From assembly GCA_945903645.1 (NCBI GenBank), contig CAMDOM010000003.1:64507-128506 (forward strand): a DNA stretch of 64,000 nt. The letters are read 5' to 3'. The DNA is from Chryseobacterium gleum (lineage in GTDB: Bacteria; Bacteroidota; Bacteroidia; UBA10329). Made by a program: the position numbers and the translations under genes. Of the stretch, positions 38,426 to 47,985 are shown piece after piece; the first letter of the stretch is position 1; each line of letters begins with the position of its first letter. The notes beneath the pieces are model-generated. The model worked only from the letters and a program-made list of their open reading frames with translations, made no database searches and was not told the origin of the DNA.

Positions 38426-38857
38426 TTACTCTAGAAACAACCTTCGAGTAATTGTGGTTCCAGTGTCCGCATTGCGAAATTGTACCACATAAAGACCCTT
38501 CGACAGATGAGCAAGGTCAACCTCTGAAGTGCCAATTGGTCGAATTAGAGTTTCAAAAACCTTTTCGCCAATTATGTTGAAAACGTTCATCGAAACGTTC
38601 CCAACCGCTCCAAGCGTTTTTACCTGAAAACGGCCATTGCTAGGATTTGGAAACAACTGAACATCCCAAGGTTTATCACTATTATCGACAGTATTTATCG
38701 CTTCAATACCTGCGTAACTAGCTGCAGTGTTGAATGACAAAGTCAAGAATAAAATAAGACGAATGACGGTTTTCACAGCCACGAAGGTAAGGACTAGTGG
38801 TTGAATTATAGTGATAATTACCTTAAAATGTCTTAATGCACTTTCATGGCTAGGCAT
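38426..38857 (-). CDS. Small secreted protein that is essentially a signal/anchor plus an orphan T9SS C-terminal domain
   Basis: The C-terminal ~85 aa, VQLFPNPSNGRFQVKT...GLYVVQFRNADTGTTITRRLFLE, is a type-A T9SS CTD. Only ~25 residues separate the N-terminal hydrophobic region from the CTD. The true start is uncertain, since there is no internal ATG before the CTD. Confidence 0.45.
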   Translation of the reverse strand: MPSHESALRHFKVIITIIQPLVLTFVAVKTVIRLILFLTLSFNTAASYAGIEAINTVDNSDKPWDVQLFPNPSNGRFQVKTLGAVGNVSMNVFNIIGEKVFETLIRPIGTSEVDLAHLSKGLYVVQFRNADTGTTITRRLFLE

Positions 38858-39447
38858 TTAGAGGATTCTACAATCTGCAATATCTCTTGTTGAATGGTCA
38901 AACCTTTATCCTGTAAATACCATTTCTGCACAACAACTGCGAATTCTGAATAGGGAATTTTACCTATTCGTTTGTTCTCAATAACCATATCCTGTGCAAC
39001 TTTTGGGCGTGGTCCCCAAGTTCCAATTACTTCCATTTGCTCGTTCATTAGAATGAGTTTTGGAATGGCTCGTCCACCATCGGTAAGGTACTCATCCATA
39101 ATTTTTAAATGCTCGTCTCTAAGTAAAATGCGCAATTTTATTTTTGGACATGCTTCTGCCAACTTGTTCAAGACTGGAAGATTTTGCGCAGCATCGCCAC
39201 ACCAAGCTTCGGCCAAAATCAACCAATTCAATTTGCAATTAAGGCGTTGAAATTGAGTTAAAATTTCGGGGACAACTTGTATCGTTTTATCTAAACGATG
39301 CATTCGTTGGATATTAATTTTTGTAAACTCTAATTTCTCAGGAGTTTGAATTGGGCCAGTGGTTTCACCGTTAGCAAATTTATCTGCAATCATTTCGCCA
39401 TATGCACTGTAGCTGTATCCGCTTTCAAATAGTTCCTTTGTTATCAT
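38833..39447 (-). CDS. Thioredoxin-fold family protein
   Basis: A Trx-like alpha/beta pattern with WCGDAAQ in the active-site position. The track start 39501 was moved to Met19 (ATG 39447). Confidence 0.55.
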   Translation of the reverse strand: MITKELFESGYSYSAYGEMIADKFANGETTGPIQTPEKLEFTKINIQRMHRLDKTIQVVPEILTQFQRLNCKLNWLILAEAWCGDAAQNLPVLNKLAEACPKIKLRILLRDEHLKIMDEYLTDGGRAIPKLILMNEQMEVIGTWGPRPKVAQDMVIENKRIGKIPYSEFAVVVQKWYLQDKGLTIQQEILQIVESSKCLAMKVH

Positions 39448-39520
39448 TGCTTTCTTTTTTTGCGAAGGTCGATAGGAGCAAATAATCCATGTGTGACTCA
39501 TGTCATTAAGATCAAAAAGT

Positions 39521-40177
39521 ATGGTTCAACTAGAGCGAACAACAGATGGTTCGTTAACCGTGAGAGTTATACAAACGGGCTCAACCTATCATTCAAGGCA
39601 TGGTGCGCGAACCGAAAGTGAGCATGTGTTTATTGATGCGGGATTACGGTTGAAACTGCAAAAAAATCCAACTAAGCTAAGCGTTTTAGAAATGGGTTTT
39701 GGAACGGGATTAAACGCATTTCTTACAGCTCAAGTTGTTCTTGATAACGAAGTTGAGGTAGAATATGAAGCTTTGGAAGTATTCCTATTGGAAGAACAAA
39801 TTTGGAGCGAAGTGGTAAAAAATGAATCTGTGAATCCTGAACTTTTTCGTGCTATTCATCAAGTTTCTTGGGGTTTAAGCACTAAGTTGATGCCTAATTT
39901 CACACTAACTAAGCATTTCATTAAAGTCCAATATTTTAGAACTGACACACGTTTTGACCTAATTTATTATGATGCTTTTGAACCTGATGTTCAACCCGAA
40001 CTATGGTCAAAAGAGATTTTTGAAATCCTGTTTGAGATTACGGCCAAGCAGGGTGTTCTGGTTACCTATTGCGCCAAAGGACAAGTTCGTAGGAATTTGC
40101 AGGCGGTTGGATATATTGTTGAGCGCATTCCTGGCCCTCCATTTAAGCGTGAGATGTTGCGCGCAACACGCCCGTAA
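39521..40177 (+). CDS. mnmC: tRNA U34 mnm5s2U methyltransferase, MnmC methyltransferase-domain-only form (DUF752-like)
   Basis: DGS..TVRV...SRHGARTESEHVFIDAGL and the SAM-binding LEMGFGTGLNAFLT, plus YDAFEPDVQPELWSKEIF. The alternative start is ATG 39500. Confidence 0.65.
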   Translation: MVQLERTTDGSLTVRVIQTGSTYHSRHGARTESEHVFIDAGLRLKLQKNPTKLSVLEMGFGTGLNAFLTAQVVLDNEVEVEYEALEVFLLEEQIWSEVVKNESVNPELFRAIHQVSWGLSTKLMPNFTLTKHFIKVQYFRTDTRFDLIYYDAFEPDVQPELWSKEIFEILFEITAKQGVLVTYCAKGQVRRNLQAVGYIVERIPGPPFKREMLRATRP

Positions 40178-40223
40178 CCTTGCCACTGCTAAAGTATACC
40201 TTTGCCGCCCTTAAAATTTGACC

Positions 40224-41804
40224 ATGACCCATCAGCAGGAAGTTGAGCGCAGAAGAACCTTTGCCATTATTAGTCACCCTGATGCTGGTAAAACCACATT
40301 GACCGAGAAGCTTTTGCTTTTTGGAGGCGCAATTCAAGTTGCTGGTGCTGTGAAAAGTAATAAGATTAAGAAAACCGCCACCTCCGACTTTTTGGAGATT
40401 GAAAAACAGCGTGGTATATCCGTAGCTACCTCCGTTATGGGGTTTGACTACAAGGAAAAGAAAGTGAATATTCTAGATACTCCTGGTCACCAAGATTTTG
40501 CTGAGGATACGTACCGCACGCTAACTGCGGTTGATAGTGTTATCGTTGTGGTGGACGTGGCAAAGGGAGTTGAAAGTCAAACGGAAAAATTGGCGGAAGT
40601 GTGTCGTATGCGCAATACTCCTGTTATTGTTTTCATCAACAAAATGGATCGCGAAGGCAGAGATGTATTTGATTTGTTGGATGAAATTGAGCAAAAACTG
40701 ATGATTAAAGTGCGCCCAATGACATGGCCAATTGGCATGGGCGAACGTTTTCAAGGAGTTTACAATTTGTATGAAAATAACCTGAGTTTGTTTAGCCCTG
40801 CGGATAAACAGCGCGTTCAGGATACCGTAGATATTGCGGATATAAATGACTCGGAAATAGACCGAATTGTAGGCGAAAAACCCGCGGAACAATTGAGAGA
40901 TGAAGTAGAATTGGTAAATGGAGTCTATCCTACATTCAATATGGAGGATTATTTGAATGCCAAGGTTGCACCCGTATTTTGCGGTAGTGCGCTAAACAAT
41001 TTTGGAGTTCGCGAAATGTTGGATTGCTTTGTTCAAATAGCACCGTCACCGCGTATGATGGAAACGGAAGAGCGAATAATAGAACCATTGGACAGTCGAT
41101 TTTCAGGGTTTATTTTTAAAATTCACGCCAACATCGACCCAAATCATCGCAATCGGATTGCTTTTTTGCGCATCACTTCAGGCACTTTTTTACGAAATCA
41201 GAATTACACACATGTGCGATTGGGAAAGCTTCTCAAGTTTAGCAGTCCTACCTCATTTATGGCACAAAAGAAAGAAGTGATTGATGAGGCTTATCCAGGC
41301 GATATTGTTGGACTTCACGATAGCGGAAATTTTAAGATTGGTGATGCTTTAAGTGATAGAGAACAGTTGCATTTCAAGGGAATTCCTAGTTTTTCTCCAG
41401 AGCTGTTTCAGTATGTTGAGAATGCAGACCCAATGAAAACCAAGCAATTCCACAAAGGCTTGGATATGTTAATGGACGAAGGTGTAGCTCAGATGTTTAC
41501 CAAGCGCATCAATGGCAGAAAGATTATTGGTTGTGTTGGTGCCCTACAGTTTGAGGTCATTCAACATCGATTGGAACATGAGTATAACGCAAAGTGTCGG
41601 TACGAGGGAATTTCACTTCATAAAGCGCTCTGGATTACCAGCGAATACGAAACCGAAATGGAACGCTTTGTTGATATGAAGTTGAACAATTTGGCCGAAG
41701 ACAAAGAAGGTCGGCCAGTATTTTTAGCAGATAGTGCTTGGGCGCTTCAAATGGCCATGGAGCAGTATCCAAAAATTGAATTTCACGTGAAAAGTGAATT
41801 CTAA
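40224..41804 (+). CDS. prfC: Peptide chain release factor 3
   Basis: RRTFAIISHPDAGKTTLTEKLLLFGGAIQ and the G-domain motifs DTPGHQDF and NKMDR. The track start TTG 40218 was moved to ATG 40224. Confidence 0.9.
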   Translation: MTHQQEVERRRTFAIISHPDAGKTTLTEKLLLFGGAIQVAGAVKSNKIKKTATSDFLEIEKQRGISVATSVMGFDYKEKKVNILDTPGHQDFAEDTYRTLTAVDSVIVVVDVAKGVESQTEKLAEVCRMRNTPVIVFINKMDREGRDVFDLLDEIEQKLMIKVRPMTWPIGMGERFQGVYNLYENNLSLFSPADKQRVQDTVDIADINDSEIDRIVGEKPAEQLRDEVELVNGVYPTFNMEDYLNAKVAPVFCGSALNNFGVREMLDCFVQIAPSPRMMETEERIIEPLDSRFSGFIFKIHANIDPNHRNRIAFLRITSGTFLRNQNYTHVRLGKLLKFSSPTSFMAQKKEVIDEAYPGDIVGLHDSGNFKIGDALSDREQLHFKGIPSFSPELFQYVENADPMKTKQFHKGLDMLMDEGVAQMFTKRINGRKIIGCVGALQFEVIQHRLEHEYNAKCRYEGISLHKALWITSEYETEMERFVDMKLNNLAEDKEGRPVFLADSAWALQMAMEQYPKIEFHVKSEF

Positions 41805-41845
41805 TTTTAGAAGCAAATAATTCAGATTGATATGCCCTAAAACAA

Positions 41846-41874
41846 CTGACCCCATCCGAAAGGGACAGGGTCAG
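41846..41874. terminator. Probable bidirectional terminator hairpin between prfC and the crp-like gene
   Basis: CTGACCCC-atCCgaaaGGgaca-GGGGTCAG carries a GNRA-like internal loop. The T-rich tail is weak on both strands. Confidence 0.4.
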
Positions 41875-41902
41875 CAATTGTATTAGATTGAAAATCGGTC
41901 GT

Positions 41903-42587
41903 TTAAGCCAACTTCGCCATGTTGCGAACAAGAATGGTTGTTCGGTCGAAATTGATAAGCTTTTTTCTTCTTAGTTCATTAAGAACAATGGTAACCAACT
42001 GGCGAGAAGTTCCAGTAATGTTTGCCATGTCTTGATGTGTGAAACCATGATTTACAAGGATTTCATCGCCAAAAGCTACGCCCGAACGACCTGCTTGTTC
42101 TTTGATAAATCCAATAATGCGAGTACGTGCATCGTTGAACACCAAATCCTCCATTCTTCTTTCTGAACGCGACACGCGCTCTCCAAGTTTGGATATCATT
42201 CGTTGTCCAACTTCTGGATTGCGAGAAATCAAATCCTTCAACGCATCCAGTGGAATACGAAGAACTTCGGCACCAGCTTTAAATGTCCCAGCAAAATCTA
42301 TGCGCTCCATTATGCCAGAAATCCCCAATTCGCCAAACATTTCGCCTGGATAAACAAGGTTTTTAATTACTTCTCTTCCATCGTGGCTAATGGTTCCACC
42401 TTTCACAACACCTTTCAAAACGAAGTAAACCCAATCTGCAGGTTCGCCTGGTTGATAGATGAATGAAGATTTACCATAAGATTTGTGTTGGGCATAACGA
42501 CCCAAGAAATCTTGTTGTTCAACTGGTAAACCTCTTAGGACTTCGACATTTTCGAATAAATCGGTTTCAACAAGCATTATTATGTAT
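41903..42587 (-). CDS. Crp/Fnr-family transcriptional regulator
   Basis: A cNMP-binding beta-roll (GEMFGELG) and the C-terminal HTH TSRQLVTIVLNELRRKKLI. The track start TTG 42598 was moved to ATG 42587. Confidence 0.85.
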
Positions 42588-42813
42588 TTTAAGTTCAAGA
42601 CAAATTTACAGATCCAACTACGTAAAACACGTATACTGACGTTGCGAATACCATAAATCCTGTCACGCTACTTACACGAATCCCAAGGTTTTTGCCGCTT
42701 TCAGCCATTTTTCGAAATTAATCATCTGTGGGGTTGGTCGCGAAGATGATGTTCAACGTAATTGGTGATTACTACATTTGTTGCCTAGTTTTTTCTTTAA
42801 CAAATCACCTCGA

Positions 42814-44928
42814 ATGAAATATCTCTTACTATCATCTCTTGTTTTTTTGACGTTTTCTTTTTCGTTACATGCCCAAAATCGTTGGTGCGGCCACGATGAA
42901 TACCGCGATTTTTTAGAAGCAGAAAATCTAGGGAATACATTTTTAACCTTAGAAGCAAGAGAGCGTTTCCAACGAAATCTTCAGGAAAATCCATCTCTGG
43001 GAGAGGCTAGAGGTGGCGTACGCACTGTTCCTGTTGTATTTCATGTGGTTTATAATACAGCGGCAGAAAATTTAAGTGATGCATTAATCCAGCAGCAATT
43101 GGATAAGCTTAATTTGGATTTTAGCACAGCTTATTTAAGTACTCAAGTTGCTCAATTTGAGGCTGTTGCGGTTAATCCAATGATTCAGTTTTGTTTGGCG
43201 TCAACCAGTCCACAGGGTACACCTACCACTGGTGTCACGCGCACTCAGACGAATACAACTTCTTTTGGTGTTGGCAACGATATGAAATCAAGCACAACTG
43301 GCGGTAAAAATCCTTGGCCTTTTGGGTCTTATATGAACGTATGGCTATGTGATATAGGATTTGACCCAAATCAAGGTGGTACTGCTGGTTTTGCCTATTT
43401 ACCATCTTACGGACCTCAATTTGAGGCAATAGATGGAATTGTATTGGCTTACCAAGTTATTGGGCCAAACGAGACCACACTTTCTCACGAAACTGGCCAT
43501 TATTTGGGGTTAAATCATACTTGGGGTGTGCAATTTGAAAGCTGCTCTGACGATGATGGATTTACAGATACACCTAACTGTGACGGGCCAAATTTCGGAA
43601 GTTTCAACAATAATTACTGCCCTCTTACGGCTACCTCATGCGGTAGCTTGGATAACGTAGAGAATTTTATGGATTACTCAAGCTGTCCTACAATGTTTAC
43701 TGCACAGCAGTCTGCCTATATGAATTCCGTGCTGAGTACCAGTTATAGTCAGTTTAGCCAAGCAGGACGTGCTAGTTTGATTACATCGAATGGATGTGCG
43801 GGCCAACAAGTGGCAGCTCCAGTGGCCGATTTTGTAGGGAATCCAACAACTGTTGCTGTTGGTGCCAATGTTACATTCACAGACATGAGCACGAACAGTC
43901 CTACTGGTTGGTCGTGGACATTTGGTGATGGTGGTGCAACTTCAACCGCTCAAAATCCCGTTCGCTCATATTCTACTCCCGGGCAGTATACCGTTACACT
44001 AACCGCTAGCAATGGTACTGGAAATGATTCTGAAACTAAAGTGAATTATATTACGGTAACCAGTGGTGGTGGAAGTTCTACTTCTTGCGATTCGCTTGTG
44101 TACTTAGATGGAGAGTTTATTGCTCAAATTAATGCTACGGATGAGCCAAATTTCACTGCCCAATTAATAGATAATGATCAGGAACCAGTAAATACAAATT
44201 TGGCTGATGCGGGTTATGATTCTGGTTGGTTACCATTTTATGAAGTAATTGCGCCAGGCGATACCAATTTCTTTTGGGGGGCAACGTCTTGGTTTGACAA
44301 TAACACCATTGCTGCGGATAATTGGATTACAATGGGGCCAATAACTATTCCTTCAGATGGCGCTGATTTATCTTGGCTTCATTCATTTTCTGACATGGAT
44401 TTTAGAGATGGGTATCGAGTTTTATTGAACTATACGGGCACAGATGTGACCGATTTTTCTGGAGGAACTGTTTTGTTCTCTGTAGCAGACAACGCTTCTA
44501 GCACTGCTGGCGATGTAGCGTGGGCTAGCCGCACGGTAAACTTGCCTGGGGCAACATACGCAGGGCAGCAAGTATATATCGGGTTCAACCATAATGCACT
44601 CGATATGTTCGTCCTTTTTCTTGACGATATTTATATGAATGGATGTAATACAACCATTGTTGGAGTGCAGGAGGAAGAGAACATTGCTATGCAAGTCTTC
44701 CCAAATCCATCGTCTGCAAATTTCACGATTCGTTTTACTGCGCAATCGCCTAAAACTTCGTTGGCTTTGTACAACGCAGTAGGTCAAAAAGTATGGAGCA
44801 AAGAGGTTTCAGCTCAAGGCACAGTGAATATTGAAATTGAAACGGAGGCATTAGCCGGTGGCTTGTACACATTAATTTTGAATGACGAAGCAAACAACGT
44901 TTCTCAAAAATTGGTCTTAAATAAATAA
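42814..44928 (+). CDS. Secreted M43 (pappalysin/cytophagalysin-like) zinc metalloprotease with PKD-like domain(s) and a T9SS C-terminal sorting domain
   Basis: Signal peptide MKYLLLSSLVFLTFSFSLHAQ. The zinc site is HETGHYLGLNHTW (HExxHxxGxxH). A PKD-like segment reads PVADFVGNPTTVAVGANVTFTDMS...GQYTVTLTASNGTGN. The T9SS CTD is VFPNPSSANFTIRF...KLVLNK. Confidence 0.8.
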   Translation: MKYLLLSSLVFLTFSFSLHAQNRWCGHDEYRDFLEAENLGNTFLTLEARERFQRNLQENPSLGEARGGVRTVPVVFHVVYNTAAENLSDALIQQQLDKLNLDFSTAYLSTQVAQFEAVAVNPMIQFCLASTSPQGTPTTGVTRTQTNTTSFGVGNDMKSSTTGGKNPWPFGSYMNVWLCDIGFDPNQGGTAGFAYLPSYGPQFEAIDGIVLAYQVIGPNETTLSHETGHYLGLNHTWGVQFESCSDDDGFTDTPNCDGPNFGSFNNNYCPLTATSCGSLDNVENFMDYSSCPTMFTAQQSAYMNSVLSTSYSQFSQAGRASLITSNGCAGQQVAAPVADFVGNPTTVAVGANVTFTDMSTNSPTGWSWTFGDGGATSTAQNPVRSYSTPGQYTVTLTASNGTGNDSETKVNYITVTSGGGSSTSCDSLVYLDGEFIAQINATDEPNFTAQLIDNDQEPVNTNLADAGYDSGWLPFYEVIAPGDTNFFWGATSWFDNNTIAADNWITMGPITIPSDGADLSWLHSFSDMDFRDGYRVLLNYTGTDVTDFSGGTVLFSVADNASSTAGDVAWASRTVNLPGATYAGQQVYIGFNHNALDMFVLFLDDIYMNGCNTTIVGVQEEENIAMQVFPNPSSANFTIRFTAQSPKTSLALYNAVGQKVWSKEVSAQGTVNIEIETEALAGGLYTLILNDEANNVSQKLVLNK

Positions 44929-44947
44929 CTTGGTTATCACTTTCTTG

Positions 44948-44984
44948 AACCCTATGATCAACGTTTGGTCATAGGGTTTTTTTA
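44948..44984 (+). terminator. Rho-independent terminator after the M43 protease gene
   Basis: ACCCTATGATCA-acgtttg-GTCATAGGGT is followed by T7. Confidence 0.8.
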
Positions 44985-45058
44985 TTCGGATTATCCAAAA
45001 ACGAACATTTCAGCTTATAGCCTGTTGCTTAATCTTGCCAATCTAAAATCCACTTCTA

Positions 45059-47953
45059 ATGATTAAATATTTTTTACCCATATTGTTCTTTTTGTTGATC
45101 GCAATAAATGGATTTGCTCAAGTAAGCGTTCATGGTGAACCTCTATCGTTTAGCATTCCGTTATTGCGCGATATTGCGGCACCAACCCTAAGAGTTTATG
45201 GTTTTAATGCCGCCCAGGTAGCAACGGAAGACGCCTTGGAAGACCCTTTGGGCAAAGCACCTAGGTATGCTAAATTACTTTCCGCTGGGTTCAATCTCGA
45301 AAATTCGGGGGAATGGACGCCTTTGAAAAATGGAGACCGTGTTTGGCGCTTACGTATAGAAACTTCCCAAGCCCAAGCTGTCACATTGTTTTATGATGAT
45401 TTTTCAATACCTGTAGGAGGTAGACTGTACATATATAATGACGCTAAAAGCGAGTTTATTGGAGGGTTTTCCTCAATGAATAATACTGATGGAGGAACCT
45501 ATGCAACACCTTTGGTTTTTGGAGATGCTGTAACAGTTGAATACTTTGAGCCTCATACTGCAATTGGTCAAGGAAGACTTAGCATTGAACAAGTAGGCCA
45601 TGCTTATAGGTTTGTGCTTGAAGATGATAGGCTGGAAGAAGAAACAAACCAACGTGGTGGAGAAGCATGCGAAGTGGATATAAATTGTTCGCCAGAAGGA
45701 ACCAATTGGCAGGATGAAAAACGCGGTGTTGTTCGAGTTTCGGTAGTTAGTGGGCAAGGTGCAGGCTGGTGCACTGCTTCGATGATAAATAACACTGCTC
45801 TGAATTGTAGAAATTTTGTTTTGTCGGCTTTGCACTGTGGCGATAATTCGACTGCCAATAATTTCGGTCAATACGTGTTCTATTTCAATTACGAACGACC
45901 GGGATGTGGAACTGGAACAGCTTCTCAAGCACAATCAATGACGGGCTGCGTAAAACGTGCCGAAAGCAATGATGGTGGTGGTAATAGTGGGTCGGACTTT
46001 TTGCTCATGGAACTGAATGCAACGCCTCCGTCTAACTATAATGTTTACTACAACGGTTGGAATAAGCAAGCAACAGCAAGCACGAGTGGTGTTGGTATTC
46101 ATCATCCTGCTGGTGGACGTAAAAAGATTTCTACTTATACCTCTGCGCTGCAATCAACTTCTTGGGGTTCAGCAAATGGCTCGCATTGGTCAGTTACGTG
46201 GGTTGCAACTGCCAATGGCCATGGCGTTACAGAAGGAGGTTCTTCTGGTTCACCACTTTTTAACAGTGCTGGATTGATTGTAGGAACGTTAACTGGTGGA
46301 GGGTCATTTTGTAATTCACCAAATTCACCAGATTCGTATGGTAAAATGTCCTATCACTGGACAAGCAATCCCGGTGATGACTTAAGTGTTTGGCTTGACC
46401 CAACAAATTCTGGGGTTAACAGCTTAACTGGAACTTATGCTCCTTGCACAGTTGTAAATACGCTAGATGCGGGTATCGCTTCTGTTAGTGTGCCTTCCGG
46501 TTCTATATGCGCTACTGCAATCGCTCCAATTGTTACCCTTCAAAATTTTGGGACCACAACAATAACTGCTGTTCAGATTATTTCCAATGTTGACGGAGCA
46601 AACCAGCAAACCTATAGTTGGACAGGAAGTCTTGCCGCAGGTGCTACGGTTTCAGTTACACTGCCCAATAGAAATGTTGCAGCTGGTGCGCATGTATTCA
46701 ACGTGAACACAAATCTGCCCAACGGTCAAGCTGATCAAAGCTCGGGCAACAATAGTGCAAGTTCAAATTTCACAGTGGTGGTTGCCAATTCGTACGTTAC
46801 TCTGCGCTTGACTACCGATAATTATGGCGATGAAACTACTTGGCAGGTAACTCAATCGGGTGGTGGAGTAGTGGCCTCTGGTGGGCCATATACCACTTCA
46901 GTTGTTTCGTTTGTTGAGCAAGAAATTTGTGTTCAAACAGGGCAATGCTATACTTTCACCATTTCCGATTCTGAAAACGATGGCATTTGCTGTCAGTATG
47001 GCAATGGTTCTTATTCTATTGCTGATGCGAGTGGAACCAGCATTTACACTGGAGCAGCGTTTGGCGCATCTGAACAGGTTAACTTTTGTGTGCCAACTGG
47101 TGTTTCTTCTTGTGATACCATTTATAATCCCTTTTCGTCTGTGGCTTCTGGATATACTTTGTATGCCAACGGTGGTGGTGGTTATATATCAGGTTCTAAC
47201 AGTTTTGGTGATGTGGCCAAAGCGCAGGCATTTTCAGCACCAACGGGTGCTACGGAAATTGCTGGGATAGTATATTGGGTTGGAGCTAAGCAAAATAGTG
47301 GCGGCAGTGTTTCCGTCAATTTGTATGACTTAGATGGTGCTGGAGTGACAGTGGCTGGCAACACTACCAATGCGCCAGGAACTATTTTGGGTTCGCTTAG
47401 TGTTCCTTTAAGCCGAGTGGATACGGCTACTTTTTTGAACTATGCTGAATTTGCATCGCCAGTTGTTTTGGGTGGAGCTTATGCGGTAGGAATTGATTTT
47501 TCTACGCTAGCAGCTGGAAATCAAATTGGAATTGTAACTAATGTGGATGGCGATGCTGGCAGTGCAGAACGTTCATGGGAAAAATGGGAGGATAACACCT
47601 GGCATACCATTGACCAGGGATGGAATTCGAGTTCCAACGGCAAATTTGACCTTGGTATTTTTCCGGTGCTATGTCCTTTAAATGTAACGGGAGTTAATCA
47701 GGCTAATGCCAATTCTTTGATGGTATTTCCAAATCCATCTTCGGGGCAATTATCCATTGGTTTTGTGTTAAATGGAAGCGATTACGCTACGATTGAAGTA
47801 ATATCTTCCATTGGGCAATTGGTGCATTCCGAAGCTGTAGTTGGACCTTTTGGAACAATCAACTTATCGTTGAATGATCAACCTAACGGGCTTTATATAG
47901 TGCGTTTGCAAACGCAAGAGGGAACCATCGTGCAGAAATGGATAAAGCAATAG
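45059..47953 (+). CDS. Secreted multidomain S1-family (trypsin/lysyl-endopeptidase-like) serine protease with a T9SS C-terminal sorting domain
   Basis: Signal peptide MIKYFLPILFFLLIAINGFAQ. The catalytic triad context is SALHCG (His), GGSSGSPLF (Ser, a GDSGGP variant) and a disulfide-rich fold. Long Thr/Ser/Gly-rich beta domains follow. The T9SS CTD is VFPNPSSGQLSIGF...VQKWIKQ. Confidence 0.65.
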   Translation: MIKYFLPILFFLLIAINGFAQVSVHGEPLSFSIPLLRDIAAPTLRVYGFNAAQVATEDALEDPLGKAPRYAKLLSAGFNLENSGEWTPLKNGDRVWRLRIETSQAQAVTLFYDDFSIPVGGRLYIYNDAKSEFIGGFSSMNNTDGGTYATPLVFGDAVTVEYFEPHTAIGQGRLSIEQVGHAYRFVLEDDRLEEETNQRGGEACEVDINCSPEGTNWQDEKRGVVRVSVVSGQGAGWCTASMINNTALNCRNFVLSALHCGDNSTANNFGQYVFYFNYERPGCGTGTASQAQSMTGCVKRAESNDGGGNSGSDFLLMELNATPPSNYNVYYNGWNKQATASTSGVGIHHPAGGRKKISTYTSALQSTSWGSANGSHWSVTWVATANGHGVTEGGSSGSPLFNSAGLIVGTLTGGGSFCNSPNSPDSYGKMSYHWTSNPGDDLSVWLDPTNSGVNSLTGTYAPCTVVNTLDAGIASVSVPSGSICATAIAPIVTLQNFGTTTITAVQIISNVDGANQQTYSWTGSLAAGATVSVTLPNRNVAAGAHVFNVNTNLPNGQADQSSGNNSASSNFTVVVANSYVTLRLTTDNYGDETTWQVTQSGGGVVASGGPYTTSVVSFVEQEICVQTGQCYTFTISDSENDGICCQYGNGSYSIADASGTSIYTGAAFGASEQVNFCVPTGVSSCDTIYNPFSSVASGYTLYANGGGGYISGSNSFGDVAKAQAFSAPTGATEIAGIVYWVGAKQNSGGSVSVNLYDLDGAGVTVAGNTTNAPGTILGSLSVPLSRVDTATFLNYAEFASPVVLGGAYAVGIDFSTLAAGNQIGIVTNVDGDAGSAERSWEKWEDNTWHTIDQGWNSSSNGKFDLGIFPVLCPLNVTGVNQANANSLMVFPNPSSGQLSIGFVLNGSDYATIEVISSIGQLVHSEAVVGPFGTINLSLNDQPNGLYIVRLQTQEGTIVQKWIKQ

Positions 47954-47985
47954 GGGATTCCTGATTTCTGAAATTCTTGCTTACG

